A DNA stretch of 64,000 bases from an uncultured Candidatus Poseidoniales archaeon (GTDB taxonomy: Archaea > Thermoplasmatota > Poseidoniia > Poseidoniales > Thalassarchaeaceae), in contig CAZYIX010000002.1 in assembly GCA_964647665.1 (NCBI GenBank), positions 120,722 through 184,721 on the forward strand, given 5' to 3'. The position numbers and the translations under genes are program-made. Below are positions 19,038 to 29,181 of this stretch, one piece after another. Under the pieces are notes generated by a model. It saw only the letters and a program-made list of their open reading frames with translations. It was not told the DNA's origin and ran no database searches. How positions within the stretch are numbered: the first letter of the stretch is position 1; each line of letters starts with the position of its first letter.

Positions 19038-22000
19038 CTAGTCTGCGCTGTCCTCTTCGGATGTTGCTGCTTTATTCTCACTAGCAACAATCGTACCAAC
19101 TGGTGATTGTTCTGCAGGGGCAGTGATTCCTCCCTGTGAGGAACAGGTCGGTAACGGCTCTCCCGGCTCATCGACAGAATTAGGAGCAGGATTTCCTGTG
19201 CTGACATTTGACCAATAAACAACGTAGGAAGTTACCCTGATATCTTGGTTAGCACCAGATTGTTCATTCTGTGGGATATAGTTTTGACCGTCATATAGAC
19301 CAGCGTATTGAAGCGTATTCGGGCCGCCGGAAAAATCGACCCAATCAGTAATGTCCCAATTCCATTGTTTGACATCTTGGCCCGCACACCATCCGGCCCG
19401 ACCATAGGGCCAAGACCCCATTTGATTGGCGACGGTTCCGACATCTGTTTCTTTTGCACAGCCCTCGTTGTCACTATTGTGTGTGCTGTTGCCAGCCATC
19501 GGATGGTCCTCCTGCACATCATAGCCATTCATCATGTATCGATGCTCATGATTACAGAACTCAGCACAGTTTGCGTTGTCCTTACCAAATCCATGTCCAG
19601 TGATGCTAGCAGTAAGCGTGACCTTCTCAACATCGCTGGTCAGGTTAAGGTCGTGAAATCTCTTGTAGCGCGAATCGTTGTTGTATTCACCTCTGAATGA
19701 GCCGCCGCCAAATGCCCACTCCGCATCAGTAGCTCGTAATCCATCATCATCCCAAGTGGAAAGATAGATGCTGATATTGAACCAACCACCATTGGCCCCA
19801 CTATAGCGGAATTCAGTCTGACCACCGCCCAATAGCATAAACAAGTAAGGACTTACATCAGTTAACCAACGCCCTTCGCGCCCATAAGTTGTGATGTATC
19901 TGACGAATTCTGTGCCACATGTTGAATGGTTACCAGCCTCAGTGCAGATGTTCAATCTCTGGTCGTAGTCCCATTCATGGCAACCACCATACCTGTCGGT
20001 TGAGCCATCCCCATCATCATCAATACCGTAGCGATCTCGATGCTCGCTGCAAGCATGATGCATGTAGACTTCGATGGTGTTGAATGTCAGCATTGTGCTA
20101 GCGTTGGGAAATGTGCCATTGTTGTAGGATGAGTGACCTCCACCCCATCCACCATTATGTCTCTCTCCATCCCAGACATCTACTACAGTGACCGCAGGGT
20201 CATTGCCTCGGCTCTCTACAAGGAACTCCTTATTCCACATCTGTGGTTCCTTGGCGATGTAATCAAAACGGTAATTGACTCCGAAAGTACCAGCCCAATT
20301 TGACAATGATCCTATCTCCCTCCACTGCTGAAATCGGTCAATTCCATAGTAAAATTTGCTCCAGTCATTGATTACATCATTCAGTGAGCCTTGCACATAC
20401 CATGCCTGTTGATTGACAAAGTGAATGTTGGAGTCAATCCAATCTTGCTTGTCCTGTTGCTGATTGTTGTAGTAGGAATTGACTCTGCTCTCCATGCCAT
20501 TGACATCATTGGCCCAATCGCTATCATACGAGCCAAAGAAAATGTGTGCTTCTTGTGGGGTGGCATCGAGTAACCTTCCTACATCCTGATTCCACAGGCT
20601 GCTGATGTAGGAGTTCTGCTTCTGCAGGAAAATGAACAGGTAGGTCGACTCACCATCCCATTCATCTGCGATTCTCCAAGTTCCGGTGTCGCGAGTTTGA
20701 ATGGTCATCGGCCCTACTGTGCCAAACCTCTCAATTGAGTATGGCCCGGTTGAATCCCAGTCTACCGGACGTTGAATGATTGAACAACCATTCACATCTG
20801 ATGTCCAGTGAGGTGGGCTGTCTGGGCACGAATCGACATTGGCGAAAACTCCGTCACCATCGAGGTCGGCACAACCCTGAGCGTTGACAACAAGGCCATC
20901 GGGGGTTCCCGGGCACAAGTCTGCATCATCCATGACTCCGTCACCGTCATCATCCCACTCCCAAGGTGCGCAACCGTATTCATTGACGGTGGCTCCAAGC
21001 ATTGTATACTGGCATTGGTCATCGAAATCAATGACGCCATCTGCATCATCATCGCCGTCTTCATCGATGTCTCTGCATCCATCTGAGTCGTAATCTGTAG
21101 CATTAGTCGGTATCCATGCAGTCAAGCCAATTGGGCAGGAGTCATCTCCATCAAGGATGGAGTCGTTATCGTCATCGTCGTCGTTATCGTAGTCCCGGCA
21201 TCCATCACCATCGTGGTCAGAATAACTGGTTGAGGTCCAGCCCTGCGTTCCCTTTGGACAACTATCTCGTGAATCGGGAACTGTATCATCGTCGTCATCC
21301 TCATCCTCAGAATCGTCACGGCAACCATCTGAATCCCAGTCGAGCAACTCATCCTGTGCATCCCAGCCAAGCAGGCCACGAGCACATCTATCCGCACCGT
21401 CACGAATTCCGTCCGCGTCATCGTCTTCATCTTCCGTCAGGTCGTGACAGCCGTCTGAATCAAGGTCAGTCTGCGGATTTGATTGGAAAGCGATGCCACT
21501 CTCAACGCATGAATCGGATTCATCTGGAATGCCATCACCATCCATGTCATCGGTGACAACGACGTGAATATAGACGCCAACCATAGCGAATGACGGTGTC
21601 CAAGTGCCACAATTAGTAGTGAATGTGCCGTTGAATGAATCGGTAATCTGCCCAAGCATAACTGTGCCAATTCCATCGGTCAACGTGACTGCTACTTCAC
21701 GGCCAGTCTCATCTTCCCATCCGACAATACAGGAATCTAGATCGGAGTGGACAACCATCAAAGCAACCGTGACCGGCTCCTCGTCAATGACCCAAACAGT
21801 CGCTGGAAGAGCGGTGATGGCAACCGGGTCCTCAGTGATGGCTATCACCGTCACTTCACCCTGCCATTGTGCTGATTCACCATGCTGGTCTGTCGCAGTG
21901 ACAGTGAAGGTGTGGACTCCGGGTGGCAGGTCAGATATCTGAGCACTCCACAGCCCCGTAGTAGCCACATCTGCAGTTGCTTCCTGAACCCAGCCCTCTC

Positions 22001-22226
22001 CGCCAATGGCGAGTGTCACCGTCGAAGTGCTGGCAGATTCATCAGTGACTTTACCAAACACCGTCAGTGCCAATCCCTGATTTACATCGGAGTAAGGATA
22101 AACATCGATTGATGGGGCCTCATTCTCGGTAGTCGATACAGTTTCATCCCCTCCAAACAACCCTAGGCATCCTGAGGTCAGCATCAGCGTGGCGAGCAAC
22201 ATGCTGAGAGACAGGCGACTGCGCAT
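19038..22226 (-). CDS. Lipoprotein with Ig-like domain, TSP3 repeats and a C-terminal peptide-N-glycosidase F-like domain
   Basis: Lipobox LTSGCLG; DxDxDG..C repeats; GCHEWDY, EFVRYITTYG, ITGHG..CAEFC, WPYGRAGWC. Confidence 0.85.
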   Translation of the reverse strand: MRSRLSLSMLLATLMLTSGCLGLFGGDETVSTTENEAPSIDVYPYSDVNQGLALTVFGKVTDESASTSTVTLAIGGEGWVQEATADVATTGLWSAQISDLPPGVHTFTVTATDQHGESAQWQGEVTVIAITEDPVAITALPATVWVIDEEPVTVALMVVHSDLDSCIVGWEDETGREVAVTLTDGIGTVMLGQITDSFNGTFTTNCGTWTPSFAMVGVYIHVVVTDDMDGDGIPDESDSCVESGIAFQSNPQTDLDSDGCHDLTEDEDDDADGIRDGADRCARGLLGWDAQDELLDWDSDGCRDDSEDEDDDDDTVPDSRDSCPKGTQGWTSTSYSDHDGDGCRDYDNDDDDDNDSILDGDDSCPIGLTAWIPTNATDYDSDGCRDIDEDGDDDADGVIDFDDQCQYTMLGATVNEYGCAPWEWDDDGDGVMDDADLCPGTPDGLVVNAQGCADLDGDGVFANVDSCPDSPPHWTSDVNGCSIIQRPVDWDSTGPYSIERFGTVGPMTIQTRDTGTWRIADEWDGESTYLFIFLQKQNSYISSLWNQDVGRLLDATPQEAHIFFGSYDSDWANDVNGMESRVNSYYNNQQQDKQDWIDSNIHFVNQQAWYVQGSLNDVINDWSKFYYGIDRFQQWREIGSLSNWAGTFGVNYRFDYIAKEPQMWNKEFLVESRGNDPAVTVVDVWDGERHNGGWGGGHSSYNNGTFPNASTMLTFNTIEVYMHHACSEHRDRYGIDDDGDGSTDRYGGCHEWDYDQRLNICTEAGNHSTCGTEFVRYITTYGREGRWLTDVSPYLFMLLGGGQTEFRYSGANGGWFNISIYLSTWDDDGLRATDAEWAFGGGSFRGEYNNDSRYKRFHDLNLTSDVEKVTLTASITGHGFGKDNANCAEFCNHEHRYMMNGYDVQEDHPMAGNSTHNSDNEGCAKETDVGTVANQMGSWPYGRAGWCAGQDVKQWNWDITDWVDFSGGPNTLQYAGLYDGQNYIPQNEQSGANQDIRVTSYVVYWSNVSTGNPAPNSVDEPGEPLPTCSSQGGITAPAEQSPVGTIVASENKAATSEEDSAD

Positions 22227-22279
22227 GACTTTGCGACTGCATTGCAGAACATCAAGGTGTCCGCTGAATGGCACAGGAA

Positions 22280-23407
22280 TCAAGATACCATTTCGGCACG
22301 ACTTGATTGGATTGGCAGTACATCCATCTTCCGGGAAGAACCATCATGCATGACCTGAATCGGCATTACCCATTTCAACGGATAGTCATTTTCAATCTCT
22401 ACGATTACCACAACCTCCCAATGGAACGACAACAGCGTAGAATATTCACTCCCAGGCCACTCACCATCGGGCAGAGGTAAGTTGAGGTTAGCCCCCCCGT
22501 TCATTGCTTCCTCAATGGAAACCTCAACCGCCGTTCCAATCTCCTGCACAGGTAGTGGAGAGAGGAAAAGGCGCTCCTTGTCCGGCCCTTCAAGTGGGGT
22601 TCGCTCACCGACACCTGTACCCATCACGTCTTCTTGAGATGTCATCCGGGGCAGGGGGGTGGAGAATCCCGGGGGATTTTGATTACCCCCCTCACGACCC
22701 ATTGCATGGAGGAGGATTTCCCTACTCGGTGTAGTCATCCCAACTTGCACCCGTGCCTTTGCAGCAGTCCATCTAGCAGAGTCCCTAGGAAATTGAATGT
22801 TCACAGTTATTGGCGCTTTAGTATCGGGTGAGCCTTCGACATCCATCGATAACACAGGTGGGGGAGCATCGAGGAATTTACGAGTTCGGCGAAAGTCGAC
22901 GATGTTCGAGCCGATTCGCATCAGAATGGGTATGCAGAACACCGGGAAGAAAATCAGTAACAACATAGGATAATCTAGCAACCCAATTCTGATTGAACCT
23001 GCATAGGATTCGGACATGATGCCTGCATTGACCAAAACCGGCTCAAAGGCATGGATGATGAGAGCTAGTATGATGCCGATAACCGCGACACCAATCATTT
23101 GCCTTGCGAGGCGGTGGCCACGATTGGGAGTTAGAAACCAACCAGAACGGTGTGCCCGAAGTTGAGTTGGTACCGTTAGACTCGGCTCAGTCCATTCTGG
23201 AGTTTCTGAATTAGATGCAGTGTCGAGCAAGGTCCGTTCGATAAGGAATGAGTCATCACCCCCCATCGACAATTCACACGGAGTGACAGTTGATTTGCTC
23301 AAACGATAATCGGCCAAGGCAATTGGTAACTCCCGCGCAACAACTGACTCGGAATCAAAAGGGGGCCAGCGCAGTCTTAGACGAACTGTTCTCGCTGTGT
23401 GGTCCAT
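22280..23407 (-). CDS. Hypothetical membrane protein (2 TM)
   Basis: 375-aa ORF co-directional with its neighbours; two hydrophobic segments. Confidence 0.7.
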   Translation of the reverse strand: MDHTARTVRLRLRWPPFDSESVVARELPIALADYRLSKSTVTPCELSMGGDDSFLIERTLLDTASNSETPEWTEPSLTVPTQLRAHRSGWFLTPNRGHRLARQMIGVAVIGIILALIIHAFEPVLVNAGIMSESYAGSIRIGLLDYPMLLLIFFPVFCIPILMRIGSNIVDFRRTRKFLDAPPPVLSMDVEGSPDTKAPITVNIQFPRDSARWTAAKARVQVGMTTPSREILLHAMGREGGNQNPPGFSTPLPRMTSQEDVMGTGVGERTPLEGPDKERLFLSPLPVQEIGTAVEVSIEEAMNGGANLNLPLPDGEWPGSEYSTLLSFHWEVVVIVEIENDYPLKWVMPIQVMHDGSSRKMDVLPIQSSRAEMVS

Positions 23408-23415
23408 ACTACACC

Positions 23416-24660
23416 TCAACCTGTGAGTAGAGCCCACGTAGCCTTTGCAGCCATCCTTCGGAATTCCGGAACATCCTTGAGTAATCTGATTCCCAACGGG
23501 ACCGGCTTCTCAATCTCCCCCACATCGTTGATGAGATTGACAACTTCTGGACGTGCAAAGGCAATGAATGTACTCTCGAGTTCATCATCATCGCAAGAAG
23601 ACAAGAACAAGTCCCGCAATATTCTCGCTCGTTCCTGCTCTTTGCGGACCTTTCTCATCGGCTTACATATGCGCCGCAGTGAAGATTCAGACAATGCATC
23701 GAAATCACCGCAGGCATCAGCACGTACAGCCTCAATGAGTCCTTCTGCCAAAGCATCGACTTGGTTGAAGCCAGGTCCTATACCGCCTCCAGTGGTTGGC
23801 TTACACAAACCGGCGGCATCACCGAACAATACAGTGCGTTGTTTGTGTATTTTCTTGACTAAACCACAAGCGAGCGGGCCGCAATATCGTGCGGTTTCGC
23901 GAACCTCAGCGAATCTATGCTTCCACAAAGGGTGGTTAAGTAGAGTATCATACAGGTCCTCACATGAACGGCCATCAAGGTCATCTGGCCTAGACCACAC
24001 ACCAATTCTGTGAGTCTCACCGTTCGGGATTACCCATGCAAACAAGCCGGGTGCGACTTCCTCGCCTGTGAACATGTCAAGGCAATCCTGCTCTCCAAGA
24101 TAGCCGGTAACTTCAGCCTGGAATCCAATCATTATCTCCTTCGGTCTGCCCATTCTTCTGGTTCTGCGGACCCACGAATGGACGCCATCAGCCCCACAAA
24201 GTAGGCTGCATCGGACTATGACTTCTCTCCCACCCTTTCCATCCACTCCATATCGAGTTACTGAGAGTTCTACGCCATCTTCCCTTACCTCTACTGCCGA
24301 TGGTCGTGAATTGAGCCAAAGATTGCAACCCGCCTCAAGTGATTGTCTAACACAGCCCTCATCGAACATTTTGCGGCAGACAACGTGGGTGCGCACTATG
24401 TCAGGTGTGCCGATTCGGACACATGTTCCCTTAGGGCTATGAATTCTAGCACCGTACACATTACTGAGAATGGAAGATTGCAATCCGACTCGGTCCATCG
24501 CTGAAGGGGTGACAAGGCCTGCGCACTGGAATGGTTTGCCTATCTCAGCGTGCTCCTCAAGTATCAGGACTCGAAGTCCTCCACTGCTGAGCGTTCGCCC
24601 AAGGTAGCCGCCAACAGGCCCTGCGCCGACGATGACTACGTCATAATCTTGTATTGTCAT
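23416..24660 (-). CDS. Geranylgeranyl reductase family (digeranylgeranylglycerophospholipid reductase-like)
   Basis: YDVVIVGAGPVG, IGKPFQCAG, GADG, FAWVIP, GDAAGLCKPTTGGGI. Confidence 0.9.
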   Translation of the reverse strand: MTIQDYDVVIVGAGPVGGYLGRTLSSGGLRVLILEEHAEIGKPFQCAGLVTPSAMDRVGLQSSILSNVYGARIHSPKGTCVRIGTPDIVRTHVVCRKMFDEGCVRQSLEAGCNLWLNSRPSAVEVREDGVELSVTRYGVDGKGGREVIVRCSLLCGADGVHSWVRRTRRMGRPKEIMIGFQAEVTGYLGEQDCLDMFTGEEVAPGLFAWVIPNGETHRIGVWSRPDDLDGRSCEDLYDTLLNHPLWKHRFAEVRETARYCGPLACGLVKKIHKQRTVLFGDAAGLCKPTTGGGIGPGFNQVDALAEGLIEAVRADACGDFDALSESSLRRICKPMRKVRKEQERARILRDLFLSSCDDDELESTFIAFARPEVVNLINDVGEIEKPVPLGIRLLKDVPEFRRMAAKATWALLTG

Positions 24661-24721
24661 CTGGCTGATGGTGACGGTGCGTCATCCATTATGCTTCTCA
24701 TAGCAGCAGTCGCAGCCGATA

Positions 24722-27031
24722 TCACTTGCTCTTGCGTCGGCCACGGCCACGTCCGGAAGATGGGCTGCTCTTTCGCAGCATTGTGATTAGGCGACTAGCA
24801 GACCCCTCGCGACCACCAGTGAGGGAATCCCAACCATCGGCCTGTACTTTAGCGCAAGCCGCCGTTTCATCGAGACCACCTTTCTCTGCTAATTTCTTAA
24901 TCCAGTTAATCTGCTTGTCAGACGCCGGGCGTTCTACATCCTTCTGTCGGGTAAGGAGGATATCGATGAGCCCGCTAGCACTGCCTTCCCTCCCGCCAGT
25001 GAGGTTCTCAAAACCTTCCACTTTGACCAGTGCGCAGGCTTCTTTCTCGTTAAGGCCGGCATCTTTGGTTAGGCTGACAACCCAATTGAGTTGCTTCTCG
25101 CTAGCCGGCTGGTTGGTAAGTGGTCGTTCAGTGCTGAGTTTGCTCAGTAGTTCGGCAATTTCGCTGCCGGTGAGTGATGATGCGTCACGATTACCCGTGA
25201 GTGCTTGCAGTTCATCATCTGGCATACCATTGGTCAGACGCTCAAAGTAAGCCAATTGTTTCTGGGTGGGGTGTTCCTTCTTCTTCGCCAAAGCATTCAG
25301 GTGAATTGCTTGGAACTTGCTGGAAAAATCATTCCATGACGTAGCTGCAGAGAGAGTTCCGTCCTCAATACCGTCTAGATTACCCTCCATCTCAGCAGTA
25401 AATTCTGACGAGAACAAATTACCCTCACCACCAGTGTAAGCGCGATTATAGTATGGAGCAACTACCTGCCATAGAGTTCGCCCCTGGTCTGTTGGGACTA
25501 GTGTACCTGACTCGTCGGCGCAGTACTTGCGTTTGATCAACTTGTCAATAGTGGTAGCAAAAGTAGAGGGGCGGCCAATGCCTTCTTCCTTCATCTTCTG
25601 AACGATGCTGTGTTGCTTGAATCTAGATGGGGGCTTGGTCTCATCTTCAGTGAATGTGGGGTTCTCATCGCTATCATCCAGCATCAATACAACGCCGGCT
25701 TCTGCATTGAAAGCAGGGGGAGTTGTTGCGGGCTGCTTGCGTATTTCTTCAAACGCTGCCTCCCATCCAGCATGTACACGCCATGATGTTGTGCCATTCA
25801 ACGGCTTGTCGCATCCCGCGCATTCAGCCTTGAAACTATAACTCTCATACCTTGAGGGGTTCATTTGGCTGCCAGTGAATCGTGCCCAAACCAACCGATA
25901 GAGGTTCTGCTGAGGGGCAGCAAGTCCTTCGGGCATTCTAACCTCGGGGCGAGACGGGCGAATCGCCTCGTGCGCATCTTGGACGTTCTTCGCTCCTGCA
26001 TCTTTGCCCAGAACACCGGTTCCAACATGGTCATCACCCCAAGTCGCTTGAATGAATTTCTTCGCGGATTCTCTTGATGAAGCGGTGGTTCTAGTTGAAT
26101 CGGTTCGGATGTAGGTAATGTGACCAGCATTGTACAATTCGCCTGCGACCTTCATTGCTCTCCTCGGATTCCAACCCAACTCGACACCGGCTGATTGTAG
26201 CAGTGTATCTGTAGAGAATGGAGGATATGCGCGATTACTGCGGTTGCCTGGAGTCACCTCGGCCAAAGTTAACTGCCGTTGCTTGCTAAGAGCTGCGTAG
26301 GCTGACTTGGCCAATTCTCCATCAGCCGTACGCTGGGGATTGTGTTTGCCTTTGTCATCTATCCATGCCAATGCGTCGTCCTTCTCATGGAAGCGCACAT
26401 TGAATCGAACATTCTGAGCATCTGCGTTGACAGCGAAGTAGGGCTGCGGAACAAAAGCCTCTCTTTCCAATTCACGCTCGACGATGAATCCGAGGGTTGG
26501 GGTCTGAACTCTGCCCATCGAAGTGAGAGACCAAGACTGGCTGAATTTGGAGGAGCGGAAGCCGACGAGTCGGTCCATGTAGCGGCGCACTTTGGCTGCC
26601 TCGACTAGATTGAAGTTGACATCACCACGCTGTTCTATTGAAGCTAGCACGGCTGTTTTGGTTATCTCATTGAAGGTCACTCGCCAGACATTTGGAAAGC
26701 CGGCTTCAGTAAATATTTCATAGAGTCTCCAAGCAATGAATTCTCCCTCTCGGTCTGGGTCAGTAGCGAGGTAGACGTTCTCGACATCTTTCTCCCCAGC
26801 CTTGCGCAGCATGTTAGAAACTGTGCGCTCAGCGTTGTCGGTGTATTGCCATGGGGGCTCAGGCAGGGTATCTGCGGTACAGGCCCACATTGCCTTCTTT
26901 CCGTCCTTTGACGATCGGTCGGTAGGTAGGTCTTGCACGTGGCCATTACAGGCAGCGACAATCCAACCCCTGCCCAAATACTTCTGTATCGTCTTCGACT
27001 TGGCGCCTGATTCCACAATTAGCATATCCAT
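24722..27031 (-). CDS. topA: DNA topoisomerase I (type IA)
   Basis: IVESGAKSKTI, LATDPDREGE (TOPRIM), MGRVQTP, GHITYIRTDS (catalytic Tyr), QDAHEAIRP, GIGRPST. Confidence 0.96.
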   Translation of the reverse strand: MDMLIVESGAKSKTIQKYLGRGWIVAACNGHVQDLPTDRSSKDGKKAMWACTADTLPEPPWQYTDNAERTVSNMLRKAGEKDVENVYLATDPDREGEFIAWRLYEIFTEAGFPNVWRVTFNEITKTAVLASIEQRGDVNFNLVEAAKVRRYMDRLVGFRSSKFSQSWSLTSMGRVQTPTLGFIVERELEREAFVPQPYFAVNADAQNVRFNVRFHEKDDALAWIDDKGKHNPQRTADGELAKSAYAALSKQRQLTLAEVTPGNRSNRAYPPFSTDTLLQSAGVELGWNPRRAMKVAGELYNAGHITYIRTDSTRTTASSRESAKKFIQATWGDDHVGTGVLGKDAGAKNVQDAHEAIRPSRPEVRMPEGLAAPQQNLYRLVWARFTGSQMNPSRYESYSFKAECAGCDKPLNGTTSWRVHAGWEAAFEEIRKQPATTPPAFNAEAGVVLMLDDSDENPTFTEDETKPPSRFKQHSIVQKMKEEGIGRPSTFATTIDKLIKRKYCADESGTLVPTDQGRTLWQVVAPYYNRAYTGGEGNLFSSEFTAEMEGNLDGIEDGTLSAATSWNDFSSKFQAIHLNALAKKKEHPTQKQLAYFERLTNGMPDDELQALTGNRDASSLTGSEIAELLSKLSTERPLTNQPASEKQLNWVVSLTKDAGLNEKEACALVKVEGFENLTGGREGSASGLIDILLTRQKDVERPASDKQINWIKKLAEKGGLDETAACAKVQADGWDSLTGGREGSASRLITMLRKSSPSSGRGRGRRKSK

Positions 27032-27362
27032 TTTCTCACTTCCCTATCGTGTCGTCACACGCACGCGCACACTCGTGCGCGAGTGGCCCGATTCTGGTGG
27101 AGTGCTCAACTCGACCATCCACAGCATGACGACTTCGGCCGCCACGTCACCCCTCCATAAACACTACTGATGGAAGTGGGAAGTGTGTCTGCTGTGGGGA
27201 CTACGTCCCCCCTGCGGAATCCAATTCTAGAGTGGAAGCCGCCAGAGTTTGTCACATAGTTTCCAGTTTCGCGACATACGCGCGCGACCGCGCGAGATGT
27301 GTGTTTTGTTGAAAGTTTAGAAGACTCGACAGATTCAAGGTTACAGGCCCCAGCGGAGTACC

Positions 27363-27707
27363 ATGCAGGAATTTAGCATAGTGATGAATGATGAACCCGG
27401 GGCATTGGCTACTCACTGTGAAGCAATCGCAGCGAATGGTGCCAACATCCTAGCTATCGCCGGTGTTGGTTCGGACGATGCTCGCATAGCAGTGATTACG
27501 GACGAAGAAGATGCAACGCGACTAGCATTGGATATGATTAGTGCCGACTACAGCACCAGTCCAGTACTGACACGCGAGTTACCACACCAACCGGGTGCAT
27601 TGGCCGAATTCTGTCGTGAAATGGGGGATTCTGGCACCAATATGCGCTCATTGTACATCCTCAGCATGGGTGAGGATGTAGCGACCATCGGTTATACCAC
27701 TGAATAA
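27363..27707 (+). CDS. Tandem ACT-domain protein
   Basis: MNDEPGALA..GANILAI and LPHQPGALA..GTNMRSLY; GGAG RBS. Confidence 0.85.
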   Translation: MQEFSIVMNDEPGALATHCEAIAANGANILAIAGVGSDDARIAVITDEEDATRLALDMISADYSTSPVLTRELPHQPGALAEFCREMGDSGTNMRSLYILSMGEDVATIGYTTE

Positions 27708-27724
27708 ATGGGTTGTTGGCACCT

Positions 27725-28141
27725 TCACACTAACATGTGCTTGCGCGCAGCAACTTCATCCCATTCCCCTTCTGAACCGGGTCCACCGCACCCTACGCAT
27801 CCCGGATAGCCAGCCTCGAGCAGGTCGCGCACACCCCGTTGCCAACGTAGCCAAATGCCGGCCTCACCCTCACCGGTGTCGGGGACCCAGCACGTATCGG
27901 CAGATGGCTTGGGGCCTGCGAGACGCGCTAGCAGATTATCTCCCGACTTGATGCAGACATAATGCCAGTCTGTTCCACTCACAACTTGTGGTTCTCGAAT
28001 CAGTGATGGTAGAGAATCAGAGATGAGTAAGGCGAGAACATTAGCATCGCTTGCATAATTGGATGGAACTTCGAGCACACATCCTTCTGTGCGCAGTAAA
28101 CGGCGCGCCGCCTCAGCAAAAGACGCCGACTTCTCATCCAT
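27725..28141 (-). CDS. Hypothetical protein with C-terminal CxxC (GYPGCVGCGGPG)
   Basis: ORF fills the gap between the ACT gene and pyrD; plausible amino-acid composition. Confidence 0.6.
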   Translation of the reverse strand: MDEKSASFAEAARRLLRTEGCVLEVPSNYASDANVLALLISDSLPSLIREPQVVSGTDWHYVCIKSGDNLLARLAGPKPSADTCWVPDTGEGEAGIWLRWQRGVRDLLEAGYPGCVGCGGPGSEGEWDEVAARKHMLV

Positions 28142-28228
28142 CGCTCCCCGATACCCCACCCCTCTTGAATCATGTCGGCCTTGCCGCAAGCCTTGAAGGG
28201 TGGATGCCGAACCCGAAGAAGGAGAAGC

Positions 28229-29179
28229 ATGGTCGACCTCTCAATTTCTGCACCGGGCCTTGATATGACCAACCCACTCATGTTGGCAAGTGGCATTCAG
28301 GGTGCAAACGCCGCCTCCCTCCATCGTGTCGCTGATTCTGGGGCAGGGGGGATGGTCAGCAAGAGCATTGGCCCAAAGCCCAGAGAAATGTATCCGGGGC
28401 CAGTTTGCGTAGAAGCGGCGACCAACGTGGTTCTCAATGCGATGGGGCTACCAAATCCAGGGGTCGAGGCATTTGCTGAGATGATTGAATCCGAGACTTT
28501 TAGCAAACCACTGCTAGTCTCGATTTTTGGTGGAGACGCAGAAGAATTTGCGGCTGTTGCAGGAAGATTAGTTGACGCTGGTGCAGAATCATTGGAACTG
28601 AATCTGTCCTGCCCTCATGCCAAACCTGGCTCACGATCCCTAATAATCGGGCAACAGCCCGAACTCATCGCAGAAGTTGTCTCGACAGTTACAAGCGCAG
28701 TAGATGTGCCCATATACGCCAAACTCACTCCTAACACCTCTACAATCACTGAGGAGGCGAGAGCGGCAGTTCAAGGCGGAGCGCACGGCCTCTCACTCAT
28801 CAACACGGTTTCAGCGCTAGAGGTTGACCCATTTGTTGGAAGGCCAATTATTGGCAATCTGATGTGTGGACTGAGCGGACCTGCTGTACGACCGATTGCT
28901 CAAAGGAAATTGGCGGAAGTATCCCTAGCGATGCGACGAGACGAAATCGACACTGTTCCAATCCTCGGCATGGGTGGAATCACCAGTGGGCTCGACGTGG
29001 CTCGATTCATCATGCTCGGTGCAACCGCTGTGCAGGTGGGTACTGCGCTAGCCCACAAAGACGTAGCCGCATTCGACGAAATGCTTGACGGACTAGAATC
29101 AATGATGGTTGAGACTGGATACTCAGATCTCGAGCAAATGCAGGGGGTCGCATTGGACGCCATGGAGGGAATCAATTGA
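28229..29179 (+). CDS. pyrD: Dihydroorotate dehydrogenase family 1B, catalytic subunit
   Basis: NPLMLASG, NAMGLPNPG, ELNLSCPH, KLTPN, LINT, GLSGPAVRP, GMGGI, VQVGTA; AAGGAG RBS. Confidence 0.93.
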   Translation: MVDLSISAPGLDMTNPLMLASGIQGANAASLHRVADSGAGGMVSKSIGPKPREMYPGPVCVEAATNVVLNAMGLPNPGVEAFAEMIESETFSKPLLVSIFGGDAEEFAAVAGRLVDAGAESLELNLSCPHAKPGSRSLIIGQQPELIAEVVSTVTSAVDVPIYAKLTPNTSTITEEARAAVQGGAHGLSLINTVSALEVDPFVGRPIIGNLMCGLSGPAVRPIAQRKLAEVSLAMRRDEIDTVPILGMGGITSGLDVARFIMLGATAVQVGTALAHKDVAAFDEMLDGLESMMVETGYSDLEQMQGVALDAMEGIN

Positions 29180-29181
29180 GT

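Noticed and set aside
11700..21560. Recurring GAYGGNGAYGG-type DNA repeats as a CRISPR or mobile repeat
   Set aside because: They are degenerate codons of DxDxDG protein repeats, with no constant repeat-spacer period.
27032..27362. tRNA or small CDS in the topA/ACT spacer
   Set aside because: No cloverleaf or TTCRA T-arm, and no credible ORF.
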